From contig CAYZPL010000001.1 of the NCBI GenBank assembly GCA_964480415.1, positions 1 to 25,739 on the forward strand: DNA of 25,739 bases, written 5' to 3'. Under the pieces are notes generated by a model. It searched no databases. It worked only from the letters and a program-made list of their open reading frames with translations, and was not told the origin of the DNA. A program made the translations under genes and the position numbers. The DNA comes from an uncultured Candidatus Izemoplasmatales bacterium. GTDB lineage: Bacteria > Bacillota_I > Bacilli_A > Izemoplasmatales > Hujiaoplasmataceae. Below are positions 1-8,819 of the stretch, piece by piece (the first letter of the stretch is position 1; each line of letters opens with the position of its first letter).

Positions 1-2
1 CC

Positions 3-950
3 GGCGCCAGCGTTTATTCCGCGTCTGATTTGGCGAGAGAAGAATTTCCTGAATTCCAAGTCGAGGAAAGGTCCGCTGTCAGCATCGCTAGAAGAATGCA
101 GGATCCACTTAGCGAACTTGTCAAGATCGACCCGAAATCCATCGGCGTGGGCCAGTATCAACATGACGTAACGCAATCCAAACTATCCGATTCACTTGAT
201 TTCGTCGTTTCGACGGCCGTCAACCAGATAGGCGTCAATGTCAACACCGCTTCATTCTCGTTATTGAAATATGTTTCCGGATTGTCTGGCAAAGTAGCTA
301 AGAACATAGTTGAATACAGAGAATCGAACGGACCATTCAAAAACAGAAAAGCAATACAGAAAGTATCCGATCTGGGTCCGAAGACTTTCGAACAGTCGAT
401 CGGATTCTTGAGAATACTGAATTCGGACAATCCTTTGGATAAAACACCGATCCATCCGGAAAGTTATGAACTGGCGGAACAGATTTTGGATTATTTGAAG
501 TTGAGTGTGGAAGATATCGGAACACCGATATGCAAATTCCGCATCAGTGCGACGGATAAAAATAAAATCGCCAAGGATCTCCATCAAAACGTGATTCTGG
601 TGGAAGACATTCTTGATGCGTTCATTGCGCCAAACAGAGATTTGCGTGATGAATTCCCGCAGCCGCTTCTAAAGAGCGAATTGCTAAAACTGGAAGACCT
701 GAAACCTGATATGGAGTTGCAAGGGACCGTGCGGAATGTCGTTGATTTCGGAGCTTTTGTGGATGTTGGCATCAAAGAGGCGGGGTTGGTTCATATCTCG
801 AAAATGAGCAACAAGTACATCAAACATCCACTTGAAGTGGTAAGTGTCGGAGACATCATCAAAGTCTGGGTTCTGGCAGTGGATATCGATAGAAAAAGAC
901 TGCAACTGACAATGATCGATCCGAAAACAAAACCAAGTTTCATTAATTAG
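3..950 (+). CDS. tex: Tex-family RNA-binding transcription accessory protein, 5'-truncated by the window edge
   Basis: The frame is open from position 3 (GASVYSASDLAREEFP), so TTG at 30 is internal. Tex motifs present: AVSIARRMQDPLSELVKIDPKSIGVGQYQHDV, helix-hairpin-helix region, and C-terminal S1 domain (LQGTVRNVVDFGAFVDVG...GLVHISKM). Confidence 0.95.
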   Translation, partial: GASVYSASDLAREEFPEFQVEERSAVSIARRMQDPLSELVKIDPKSIGVGQYQHDVTQSKLSDSLDFVVSTAVNQIGVNVNTASFSLLKYVSGLSGKVAKNIVEYRESNGPFKNRKAIQKVSDLGPKTFEQSIGFLRILNSDNPLDKTPIHPESYELAEQILDYLKLSVEDIGTPICKFRISATDKNKIAKDLHQNVILVEDILDAFIAPNRDLRDEFPQPLLKSELLKLEDLKPDMELQGTVRNVVDFGAFVDVGIKEAGLVHISKMSNKYIKHPLEVVSVGDIIKVWVLAVDIDRKRLQLTMIDPKTKPSFIN

Positions 951-968
951 CAATTTCATTGAGATTCA

Positions 969-996
969 TTGTTTTAATTAGAGAATATATTATAAT
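969..996 (+). promoter_or_regulatory. Putative sigma-A/70 promoter for the membrane protein gene
   Basis: TTGTTT (969-974), 16 bp spacer, TATAAT (991-996). SD AAGGAGG at 1018-1024 precedes ATG 1031. Confidence 0.5.
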
Positions 997-1030
997 TATA
1001 AATATAAGACACATATAAAGGAGGATTCTT

Positions 1031-1726
1031 ATGGCAAAAACTAAGTTTGGTTACGGTTGGGCTGTAAAATGGGCGTTGGCGGCGATATTGATCGCTTCCG
1101 GTATCCTTATGAAAATCTATCAAGAGGAAGTTGTGTACGCTGCTACAGGTATAGCTGTGGTGATTTTCTCACTCTTCAGAGTTTACCCTTTGATGAAGAC
1201 CTTGCAAAAAGAGGTTTTGAGAACTATCAACTTGATCGAGATCATATTCGATGCGATTTTAGGCGGATTAATGATTTATGCAGTGTTTTCTGGTAAAGTG
1301 TCAAGTTCATCAGGCACATCTTCATTCTGGACGGGATTATATGGGTACTTGTTGACATTCTTCTTACTCGCAAGAGGCATCATATATTTTGTGTCACTAT
1401 ACTATTTCGAAGAAAAGACAGAACCTATCAAATTCTGGGCTCATCTATTATTTGTGGGTCTGGGTTCGGCTGTCCTGACGCTTACAATTCTTAACCAGAA
1501 CATCATAGTCACCTTAGGCTGGCTAGTATTGTTCATCGCAGTAGGCGGCGGCGGTTATCTTGGATATGACGGTTACGGAGGTTATCGCAAGTATCGCGAG
1601 ACTTCCAAGAAATTGAATGCGGAAAAGCAACCTGAAAAGAAACAGAAAAAAGAACCAGAAGTAGAAAAGGAAATACCAAAACCCGCTGAAGAAGAAATCA
1701 AACAAGACGAAACATACATCAATTAA
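1031..1726 (+). CDS. Hypothetical polytopic membrane protein (about 6 TM segments) with a charged K/E/P-rich C-terminal tail
   Basis: Strong SD, own candidate promoter, alternating hydrophobic segments. Family not recognised. Confidence 0.85.
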   Translation: MAKTKFGYGWAVKWALAAILIASGILMKIYQEEVVYAATGIAVVIFSLFRVYPLMKTLQKEVLRTINLIEIIFDAILGGLMIYAVFSGKVSSSSGTSSFWTGLYGYLLTFFLLARGIIYFVSLYYFEEKTEPIKFWAHLLFVGLGSAVLTLTILNQNIIVTLGWLVLFIAVGGGGYLGYDGYGGYRKYRETSKKLNAEKQPEKKQKKEPEVEKEIPKPAEEEIKQDETYIN

Positions 1727-1733
1727 AAAACTG

Positions 1734-1762
1734 TTGACAGTTGGCTGAAAACAAAGTAAAAT
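1734..1762 (+). promoter_or_regulatory. Sigma-A/70 promoter of tRNA-Ser
   Basis: TTGACA (1734-1739), 17 bp spacer, TAAAAT (1757-1762), 20 nt upstream of the tRNA. Confidence 0.85.
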
Positions 1763-1782
1763 AATATGGCTGACTGTTAATT

Positions 1783-1873
1783 GGAGTAATACTCAAGTGG
1801 CCGAAGAGGCGCCCCTGCTAAGGGTGTAGGTCGGGTAACCGGCGCGAGAGTTCGAATCTCTCTTACTCCGCCA
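1783..1873 (+). tRNA. tRNA-Ser (anticodon GCT), class II with long variable arm, CCA encoded
   Basis: Acceptor stem GGAGTAA/TTACTCC, anticodon arm CGCCC-CTGCTAA-GGGTG, T-loop GTTCGAAT, ends GCCA. Confidence 0.97.
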
Positions 1874-1885
1874 TCAAAAAAACAG

Positions 1886-1913
1886 AAAGACGAAGGATTT
1901 TTCGTCTTTTTTT
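1886..1913 (+). terminator. Intrinsic terminator after tRNA-Ser
   Basis: 9-bp stem AAAGACGAA (1886-1894) / TTCGTCTTT (1901-1909) with a 6-nt loop, followed by a T run. Confidence 0.85.
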
Positions 1914-1969
1914 GTTAAAAGGAATCATATATGTGTTTTTACTTATGGCATTAAAATTTCGACTGTATA

Positions 1970-1978
1970 TGATATAAT
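1970..1978 (+). promoter_or_regulatory. Extended -10 promoter element for the MFS gene
   Basis: TG-A-TATAAT at 1970-1978, 30 nt upstream of ATG 2008. Confidence 0.55.
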
Positions 1979-2007
1979 ATTCTGAGTTACATGTTTAGGG
2001 TGTTTAT

Positions 2008-3225
2008 ATGAAGAAAGTAAGATTGATAATCGTTTTCTATTTCGTACAAGGCATAATCCATAATCTTGGCCACCCTGTAACACCATGGTTGGTCAGGAGC
2101 CAGGGAATACCGGATTTCATGTTCGGAGTTTTTTTCGCGACGATGAGTTTCGGACTCATGGTCGGCGGACCGATATGGGGAACGATTGGCGACAAGGGAA
2201 AAAAGAAACGATATATTGTGATCGGATTGTTGATGTATAGCATCGGACAATTCTTTTTCGGATTCGCTCACAACCAATATTGGATGATCTTTTTCAGGTT
2301 CTTCAGCGGATTCGGAGTCGTTAGCACCGTTGCACTATATGCCAGCTATATCATTGAATTGACGCCTCTCAAAGACAGGGCCAGATATCTGGCTTACGGC
2401 GTAGCAGCCACTACACTGGGAACCTCGATAGGCTATTTCGTGGGAGGCTTTCTCGGTACCAATCCATTCTTTGTACAGTTGTTGCATGTGACGGATTACA
2501 GTCAGATTTTCACAGTTCAGTCGATTGTGAATGTGATTTACGCCATGGTAGTGCTTGTGCTGTTAAAAGACATTGAAGAAGAACCGGATATTGAAGAATA
2601 TAAACCGAGTTTCTTTAAGAGTCTCAAATCCGTCGGCAAAATGAGATTAAGTTTGTTGTTGTTCCTGATTTCATTGGCGTTCATTTTCATGGGAGTAACC
2701 AATCTTGACAAATACAAGGACGTCTATTTCAACAATCTTCATTTTACACCGGAGACATTGGGGCTTTTCGTGATGGTAAGTGGGTTTGTGTCACTTTTCG
2801 CGAGCGTCGTGATCGTACCGATATTCGCGAAATTCAAGAAACAGCTTGTGGCGATGATCATCATCCAGGTTGTCAGCGCGGCAATCATCGTTTATGTTTT
2901 CCGTGCGACCAATTTCCTGCTGACGATCTATACAGTTTTCATGGTTTATGTCATACTCAGAGCTGTTCATCAACCGCTTGAACAGAATTACATATCGCTG
3001 CACGCCAAGAAAGGCGAATACGGAAAAATCATGGGAGTAAGGCAATCGTTCGTGTCCCTTGGCATGATAATCGGCCCTTTGGCCGGAGGGTTCGTATTTC
3101 AGAAAAATCCGTTGCTTTTGTTCGACTCAAGCGCTATGACTTTCTTGATAGCAGCCGTGCTCTTGGTTTTGGTCATCATTATAGAAAAAAGGAATAGACA
3201 TATATTAAGCGAAGATCTGAAGTGA
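2008..3225 (+). CDS. Major facilitator superfamily transporter, substrate unknown
   Basis: 405 aa with about 12 hydrophobic segments and an MFS motif-A-like loop GTIGDKGKKKRY after TM2. Confidence 0.9.
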   Translation: MKKVRLIIVFYFVQGIIHNLGHPVTPWLVRSQGIPDFMFGVFFATMSFGLMVGGPIWGTIGDKGKKKRYIVIGLLMYSIGQFFFGFAHNQYWMIFFRFFSGFGVVSTVALYASYIIELTPLKDRARYLAYGVAATTLGTSIGYFVGGFLGTNPFFVQLLHVTDYSQIFTVQSIVNVIYAMVVLVLLKDIEEEPDIEEYKPSFFKSLKSVGKMRLSLLLFLISLAFIFMGVTNLDKYKDVYFNNLHFTPETLGLFVMVSGFVSLFASVVIVPIFAKFKKQLVAMIIIQVVSAAIIVYVFRATNFLLTIYTVFMVYVILRAVHQPLEQNYISLHAKKGEYGKIMGVRQSFVSLGMIIGPLAGGFVFQKNPLLLFDSSAMTFLIAAVLLVLVIIIEKRNRHILSEDLK

Positions 3226-3241
3226 ACTTCGCTTTTCATTT
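3207..3241 (+). terminator. Possible intrinsic terminator overlapping the MFS stop codon
   Basis: 8-bp stem AAGCGAAG (3207-3214) / CTTCGCTT (3227-3234), 12-nt loop, then TTCATTT. The loop is large, so confidence is low. Confidence 0.4.
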
Positions 3242-3250
3242 CATAAGCCA

Positions 3251-3278
3251 TTGAAAATATTCGTTTACATACTATAAT
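3251..3278 (+). promoter_or_regulatory. Putative promoter of the Nudix gene
   Basis: TTGAAA (3251-3256), 16 bp spacer, TATAAT (3273-3278). SD GAGGTGA precedes ATG 3309. Confidence 0.6.
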
Positions 3279-3308
3279 AGACATATATATAAGTTTAGAG
3301 GTGATATC

Positions 3309-3728
3309 ATGAGAAAGGAAAAATCCTGTGGTTGTATTGTTTTCAATAAGAACAAAGAAATCCTTCTTGTCAAAATGAATCTTGGTCACTGGTCATTTCC
3401 GAAGGGACATGTGGAACCGGGGGAGACCGAATACGATACTGCGTATCGGGAAACAAAAGAAGAAACGGATATCGATTGTGTAATTGTCGACGGTTTCAGA
3501 TTCGTCAGTTCCTACTCCCCATATAAAGGCGTTTTGAAGGATGTCATCTTTTTCATCGGCATCGCAAAAACGGACACACCGAAAAGGCAGGTTGAAGAAA
3601 TTGCGAAAGTGGACTTTTATACATATGATGAAGCAGAAGAACTTTTGACGTTCAAAACCGACAAGGAAATATTAAAGGAAGCGATGAATTTCATCGGGAA
3701 ACACGACGTTTTTAAACAGTTTGAATGA
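3309..3728 (+). CDS. Nudix hydrolase (Ap4A-hydrolase-like)
   Basis: WSFPKGHVEPGETEYDTAYRETKEETDI matches the Nudix box GX5EX7REUXEEXGU except that the last G is D. Confidence 0.9.
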   Translation: MRKEKSCGCIVFNKNKEILLVKMNLGHWSFPKGHVEPGETEYDTAYRETKEETDIDCVIVDGFRFVSSYSPYKGVLKDVIFFIGIAKTDTPKRQVEEIAKVDFYTYDEAEELLTFKTDKEILKEAMNFIGKHDVFKQFE

Positions 3729-3777
3729 TGCTATTTTTAAGGCTTTTCGAAACATTCAAGAATCCGCTCGAATTATA

Positions 3778-3806
3778 TTGACAACGCTTACATTATTCAG
3801 TATAAT
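3778..3806 (+). promoter_or_regulatory. Consensus sigma-A/70 promoter of the lysine fermentation operon
   Basis: TTGACA (3778-3783), 17 bp spacer, TATAAT (3801-3806). Predicted transcription start near 3813, just before the riboswitch. Confidence 0.92.
3779..3792 (+). promoter_or_regulatory. cre-like (CcpA/LacI-family) operator overlapping the -35 element
   Basis: TGACAACGCTTACA fits TGWNANCGNTNWCA at every defined position. Confidence 0.65.
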
Positions 3807-3818
3807 TACTATGTAATT

Positions 3819-3996
3819 AAATAAATCACAGAGGAGCAATTTGTTGGTATTTCGTCATTCAATATAAGATGAACCTTATTTGACTTAAGAAGGAACATGT
3901 TGCCGAAAGGGATTATTTGTTCATAAGTATTCTCTTGGGGACTGAACACAAAAGTTCAGTTACTGCCATTTTGAAAGAATGGAGAGCTGTTATATT
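3819..3996 (+). ncRNA. Lysine riboswitch (L-box) aptamer
   Basis: Conserved cores: AGAGGAGC (3830-3837), GAAGG, GCCGAA (3902-3907), ACTGC (3962-3966), GGAGAGCT (3981-3988). P2 GCAATTTGTT/AACATGTTGC. L2-L3 kissing complement ATGAAC (3869-3874) / GTTCAT (3919-3924). P4 ACTGAAC/GTTCAGT. P5 CCATT/AATGG. Located upstream of lysine catabolic genes. Confidence 0.93.
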
Positions 3997-4018
3997 TTTT
4001 AATATAGCAGCTCTTTTT
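3983..4018 (+). terminator. Riboswitch-controlled intrinsic terminator (expression platform)
   Basis: 14-bp stem AGAGCTGTTATATT (3983-3996) / AATATAGCAGCTCT (4001-4014) with one G-U pair and a TTTT loop, followed by TTTT. The 5' arm overlaps the aptamer P1 3' strand. Confidence 0.9.
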
Positions 4019-4035
4019 ATATGAAAGGAGAGAAC

Positions 4036-4692
4036 ATGAGAGCTTTTATTGACGGAAAGAAATTCAAAACATTTTTAAAAGACGGAATGAGTATCATGGT
4101 CGGCGGATTCCTAAGCAACGGATCTCCTGAACGTCTGATCGATCTTCTGATCGAGGCTGATGTCAAAGATCTTACCATAATCTGTAACGACGGCGGTTTT
4201 GAAGACAAGGGCGTAGGGAGACTGATCGTGAACAATCAAGTGAAAAAGCTTGTAGCTTCGCATATCGGCACTAATCCGACAGTCGGCACTTTGATGAATG
4301 AGAAAAAGATGGAGGTAGAACTTGTACCTCAGGGGACTTTGGCAGAAAGGATCAGAGCGTACGGAGCTGGATTAGGCGGTATTCTTACACCGACAGGACT
4401 TGATACGATGGTTGAGAAAGGCAAGAGAATCATCGAGGTTAAGGGACAAAAATATTTATTGGAAGAGGCTTTGGGAGCTGACATGGCGATCCTCGGAGGA
4501 GCCATAGCCGACAAGTACGGAAATCTGAAATATATCCAAACCATGAGGAATTTCAATCCGATAATCGCTACGGCGGCTGATATAGTCGTTTGCGAACCAA
4601 GAAAAATAATAGATGAGATAGATCCGGAGAATGTGATCACACCACATCCTTTCGTTGATTATATATTGGCAGGTGACAATAGTGACAGATAA
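4036..4692 (+). CDS. atoD: Butyrate/acetate:acetoacetate CoA-transferase, alpha subunit (AtoD/CtfA family)
   Basis: [41 protein letters not shown] motifs. Start moved from 4021 to ATG 4036 because SD AAAGGAG lies at 4024-4030. Confidence 0.92.
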   Translation: MRAFIDGKKFKTFLKDGMSIMVGGFLSNGSPERLIDLLIEADVKDLTIICNDGGFEDKGVGRLIVNNQVKKLVASHIGTNPTVGTLMNEKKMEVELVPQGTLAERIRAYGAGLGGILTPTGLDTMVEKGKRIIEVKGQKYLLEEALGADMAILGGAIADKYGNLKYIQTMRNFNPIIATAADIVVCEPRKIIDEIDPENVITPHPFVDYILAGDNSDR

Positions 4693-5326
4693 AGAGATTA
4701 TCGCCTCAAGAATTGCGCTTGAGTTGAATGACGGGGATTTGGTCAATTTAGGAATAGGAATCCCTACCCTAGTCGCGAATTATATCCCGCAGGATAAAAA
4801 AGTCACTTTTCAATCCGAAAACGGCATCATCGGCATCGGTCCCTTGACCGATTGCGAAACGGATCTCGTAAACGCTGGCGGAATGAAGGCAACGATCGTG
4901 CCTGGAGGCGCGTTTATTGATTCATGCACATCTTTTGCATTCATCAGAGGTGGACATATTGATGTGACTGTCCTTGGCGCTTTGGAAGTCGATCAGGAAG
5001 GTTCTTTGGCTTCATGGATAATACCTGGGAAGAAAGTTCCAGGCATGGGTGGAGCGATGGATCTGGTGACCGGAGCTAAGAAGGTCATCATCGCCATGAG
5101 GCATACAAACAAAGGAATACCAAAAATACTTAAGAAATGCACCTTGCCGCTTACCGCTGCGCATCAGGTCAATCTGATCGTGACGGAGATGGCGGTGATA
5201 GAAGTCAAAAAGGACGGGATGTATTTATTGGAAGTGCATCCTGACTATACAGTGAAAGAAGTCTTGGAAGCAACCAAAGCAAAATTGATAATCAATGATG
5301 TCAAATCGATGAAAGGAGTTATATGA
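4682..5326 (+). CDS. atoA: Butyrate/acetate:acetoacetate CoA-transferase, beta subunit (AtoA/CtfB family)
   Basis: VNLGIGIPT, catalytic [14 protein letters not shown] motifs. Likely start GTG 4682 after AGGTG (the ORF track start at 4655 lacks an SD). Confidence 0.92.
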   Translation: MTDKEIIASRIALELNDGDLVNLGIGIPTLVANYIPQDKKVTFQSENGIIGIGPLTDCETDLVNAGGMKATIVPGGAFIDSCTSFAFIRGGHIDVTVLGALEVDQEGSLASWIIPGKKVPGMGGAMDLVTGAKKVIIAMRHTNKGIPKILKKCTLPLTAAHQVNLIVTEMAVIEVKKDGMYLLEVHPDYTVKEVLEATKAKLIINDVKSMKGVI

Positions 5327-5712
5327 TGGAAACCAAATTGAGAGTGAGAATGTCGATGCATGACGCCCATTATGGAGGCAATCTGGTCGACGGAGCGAGA
5401 ATATTGGGACTTTTCGGCGATGCCGCAACGGAACTTTTAATCAGAAAAGACGGTGATGAAGGCCTGTTCAGAGCGTATGAAAAAGTTGATTTTCTAGCCC
5501 CTGTTTACGCAGGAGACTTCTTGGAGGTGGAAGCGAAAATAATCTCCGAAGGAAAAACGTCGAGAAAGATGGAATTCCATTGTTACAAAGTAATTGAAGC
5601 GCGCCCGGATATCGCGCCTAGCGCTTGCGACGTCTTGGAAGAAAAGATTCTGACAACCTACGCGATCGGAACCTGTGTGGTTCCAAAGGAGCTTCAAAGA
5701 TACAATGGATAA
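5323..5712 (+). CDS. kal: 3-aminobutyryl-CoA ammonia-lyase (hotdog fold)
   Basis: [53 protein letters not shown] signature, located in the lysine cluster. Confidence 0.88.
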   Translation: MMETKLRVRMSMHDAHYGGNLVDGARILGLFGDAATELLIRKDGDEGLFRAYEKVDFLAPVYAGDFLEVEAKIISEGKTSRKMEFHCYKVIEARPDIAPSACDVLEEKILTTYAIGTCVVPKELQRYNG

Positions 5713-6532
5713 ACTGATAATCACATGTGCCATAACCGGAGCGGAGACCACAAAGGAACATAATCCCGCTGTCCCTTATACACCCGAAGAAATGGCTGAA
5801 TCGGCATATGCGGCATATAAAGCCGGGGCTTCCATCATCCATCTGCACGCCAGAACGGAGGATGGCATACCGACACAAGATAAGGATAGATTTAGAATAA
5901 TCATCGATAAAATACTGAAAAAGTGTCCCGATGTCATAATCCAGGTTTCAACCGGCGGAGCGGTAGGCATGTCAAGAGACGAACGCCTGGATGTTCTTAA
6001 CGTAAATCCGGAGATGGCGACACTTGATTGTGGAACGCTTAATTTCGGCGGTGACGACATTTTTGTCAATACCGAGAGCGACATCAGGTATTTCGCCGAA
6101 AAGATGAACACGCTTGGTATCAGCTACGAAATGGAATGTTTTGAAAAAGGACATATAGACACTACCCTGAGATTCATAAAAAAAGGTGTGATAAAGAACC
6201 ATCTGCACTATTCCTTTGTGCTGGGAGTGAGAGGTGGAATGTCCGGAGAAGAAAGGGATTTTATCTTTATGAAAGAAAGTATCCCGAACGATGCCACATT
6301 TTCCGTCGCGGGAATCGGCAGATATGAATTTCCCCTTGCGGAACTGTCAGTCAAGCACGGCGGACATGTCAGAGTCGGACTTGAAGACAACATATATATA
6401 GAAAAAGGGATTTTGGCGAAATCAAACGCGGAACTTGTGGAAAAAGTAGTTCGAATCGCCAAGAAATACGGACGCGAGATCGCGACACCGGCAGAGACAA
6501 GAAGAATATTGGAAATGGAGAAAAGAAGATGA
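5705..6532 (+). CDS. kce: 3-keto-5-aminohexanoate cleavage enzyme (BKACE family)
   Basis: [12 protein letters not shown], metal-binding [21 protein letters not shown]. Start ATG 5705 gives the family-typical N-terminus MDKLIIT. Confidence 0.92.
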   Translation: MDKLIITCAITGAETTKEHNPAVPYTPEEMAESAYAAYKAGASIIHLHARTEDGIPTQDKDRFRIIIDKILKKCPDVIIQVSTGGAVGMSRDERLDVLNVNPEMATLDCGTLNFGGDDIFVNTESDIRYFAEKMNTLGISYEMECFEKGHIDTTLRFIKKGVIKNHLHYSFVLGVRGGMSGEERDFIFMKESIPNDATFSVAGIGRYEFPLAELSVKHGGHVRVGLEDNIYIEKGILAKSNAELVEKVVRIAKKYGREIATPAETRRILEMEKRR

Positions 6533-7572
6533 AGAAATTATGCAAATACGGAACACATAGGGTTTTATCTCCTGAAGGAGCTTTACCTCAAGCAGCGCAA
6601 AAGCTAGACAATAGAATGTTATGTTACGACAACGAAATACTGATAAATGTCAAAACTCTTAACATCGATTCGGCTTCATTCACACAAATCAAGGGAGCTT
6701 GTGACAAAGATCCCGAGAGAATGAAGAAAATGATAATGGAAATTGTCGAACAAAGAGGAAAAATGCAGAATCCTGTAACCGGAAGCGGTGGTATGCTTTT
6801 AGGAACAGTTGAAGAGATCGGTAAAGATCTGCATAAGGATATAAAGGTGGGAGATGAAATCGCTTCTTTGGTATCGCTATCGCTTACACCGCTAAAAATA
6901 GATAAAATACTGGAAATCCACATGGACAAGGATCAAGTAGACATTGAAGGACATGCGATATTGTTTGAAACCGGCATCTTCGCAAAAATCCCTGATGACA
7001 TGCCGCCTCATATAGCTCTTGCGGCACTTGATGTGGCCGGAGCTCCTGCACAAGTGAAAAATCTTGTGAAAAAGGATGATACGGTTCTGATTCTTGGGGC
7101 TGCCGGAAAATCCGGAGTATTGTGCGCCTATCAGGCGAGAAAGAACGCTGGTCCGAACGGAAAGATAATCGGCATCATCCATCACGACACACATAAACAC
7201 GAATTGGAAAATCTAAATGTCTGCGACCATATCATGATCGGCAACGCCAAAAATCCGATGGAGATCTATGAAAAAGTGATGGCTGTGACAAATAACGAAG
7301 GCGTAGACGTGACCATTAACGTTGTAAACGTTCCCGATACGGAGATGGCGACGATCTTGCCGACAAAACCTACAGGTACGGTTTACTTCTTCAGTATGGC
7401 GACCTCATTCACAAAAGCAGCACTTGGAGCCGAAGGCATAGCCGCTGAGGCTTTGATGATAATCGGTAACGGTTATACCAAGAACCATGCCGATATAACA
7501 CTGGACATACTAAGAGAATCCAAAGAAATGTATGATTTGTTTGCGAATAGGTATGGAAAGGAGAATCTATGA
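6529..7572 (+). CDS. kdd: L-erythro-3,5-diaminohexanoate dehydrogenase
   Basis: YGTHRV...[43 protein letters not shown]. Sits between kce and kamA. Confidence 0.9.
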   Translation: MKKLCKYGTHRVLSPEGALPQAAQKLDNRMLCYDNEILINVKTLNIDSASFTQIKGACDKDPERMKKMIMEIVEQRGKMQNPVTGSGGMLLGTVEEIGKDLHKDIKVGDEIASLVSLSLTPLKIDKILEIHMDKDQVDIEGHAILFETGIFAKIPDDMPPHIALAALDVAGAPAQVKNLVKKDDTVLILGAAGKSGVLCAYQARKNAGPNGKIIGIIHHDTHKHELENLNVCDHIMIGNAKNPMEIYEKVMAVTNNEGVDVTINVVNVPDTEMATILPTKPTGTVYFFSMATSFTKAALGAEGIAAEALMIIGNGYTKNHADITLDILRESKEMYDLFANRYGKENL

Positions 7573-8819
7573 TCATAACTAACGATAAATATTTGGAAAG
7601 AAAATCAAAATACTTTCCAAATGTTACCGAGGAACAATGGACAGACTGGCGCTGGCAGGTAAGAAACAGGATCCAAAACGCAGAAGATCTTAAAAAATAT
7701 ATGCCAATCGCTGATGCGGAAGTTGAAGAAATCAGAGAAGTGTTGTCGAAATTCAGAATGGCTGTCACGCCATATTATCTGAGTCTGATTGATCCAAGCA
7801 ATCCGAATTGCCCGATAAAAATGCAGTCTATTCCTTCAATCAACGAACTGCATATTTCCGAGTTCGATCTGGAAGACCCGCTTGCGGAAGAAGTCGATTC
7901 TCCGGTCCCGGGATTGACACATCGATATCCGGACAGAGTGCTGTTTCTGATAACGGATATGTGTTCGATGTACTGCCGCCATTGTACAAGAAGAAGATTT
8001 GCCGGACAAACCGACAAGAGAATGTCGGAAGACAGAATCGAAAAAGCGATAGAGTATATCAGAAACACAAAAGAAATCAGAGACGTATTACTTTCTGGCG
8101 GAGACGCGCTTCTTGTCAATGATGAAATTCTTGAAAGCATAATAAGAAGGTTGAGAGAAATAGAACATGTCGAGGTTATCCGCATCGGTACGAGAACCCC
8201 TGTTGTCCTACCGCAGAGGATAACCGACAATTTAGTCAACATGTTGAAAAAATACCATCCCATTTGGGTCAACACCCATTTCAACCATTATGACGAGATT
8301 ACTATTGAAAGTAAAAAAGCTATCGACAAACTGGCCGATGCAGGCATACCTTTAGGAAATCAGTCAGTGCTTTTAAAAGGCATCAACGATTCCGTCGATG
8401 TCATGAAGACATTGGTTCAGAGACTCGCCTATATCAGAGTAAGACCATATTATATCTATCAATGCGATCTATCTTTGGGAATCGAGCATTTCAGAACTCC
8501 TGTTTCCAAGGGAATCGAAATTATTGAAGGATTAAGAGGACACACTTCCGGTTATTGTGTACCTACTTTTGTGGTAGATGCACCAGGAGGCGGCGGAAAG
8601 ATCCCGATCATGCCAAACTATGTCATATCACAGGCACCGGGAAAAGTGGTTTTGAGAAACTATGAAGGAGTGATCACCACTTACAGTGAACCGTTGTGTT
8701 ATGAAAACCATACTCCTAAGAGCAAAAGCCTGGAAGGTGTCAGCGCGCTTCTATCAGGATATCAGACGGTTCTTGAACCAAAGGATCTCGAAAGAAGGAA
8801 AAGAACATTAAAAAAATAA
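7569..8819 (+). CDS. kamA: L-lysine 2,3-aminomutase (radical SAM, PLP)
   Basis: CSMYCRHC (CxxxCxxC), [39 protein letters not shown]. Confidence 0.96.
   Translation: MIITNDKYLERKSKYFPNVTEEQWTDWRWQVRNRIQNAEDLKKYMPIADAEVEEIREVLSKFRMAVTPYYLSLIDPSNPNCPIKMQSIPSINELHISEFDLEDPLAEEVDSPVPGLTHRYPDRVLFLITDMCSMYCRHCTRRRFAGQTDKRMSEDRIEKAIEYIRNTKEIRDVLLSGGDALLVNDEILESIIRRLREIEHVEVIRIGTRTPVVLPQRITDNLVNMLKKYHPIWVNTHFNHYDEITIESKKAIDKLADAGIPLGNQSVLLKGINDSVDVMKTLVQRLAYIRVRPYYIYQCDLSLGIEHFRTPVSKGIEIIEGLRGHTSGYCVPTFVVDAPGGGGKIPIMPNYVISQAPGKVVLRNYEGVITTYSEPLCYENHTPKSKSLEGVSALLSGYQTVLEPKDLERRKRTLKK

Noticed and set aside
2008-3225. MFS transporter as the missing lysine or glutamate permease
   Set aside because: It has a separate promoter, is separated from the operon by the Nudix gene, lies outside riboswitch control, and nothing in the sequence indicates its substrate.
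3256-3269. Possible third cre site in the Nudix promoter (CGTTTACA at 3262-3269)
   Set aside because: Only the right half matches; the left half (AATATT) does not fit TGWNAN.
4021-4035. ORF-track start of atoD at ATG 4021
   Set aside because: It abuts the terminator U-tract with no SD, while the SD AAAGGAG lies inside this segment and points to ATG 4036.
7569-8819. kamA as EF-P beta-lysylation enzyme EpmB or as glutamate 2,3-aminomutase
   Set aside because: It is embedded in a complete kal-kce-kdd-kamDE cluster under a lysine riboswitch, which supports catabolic lysine 2,3-aminomutase.
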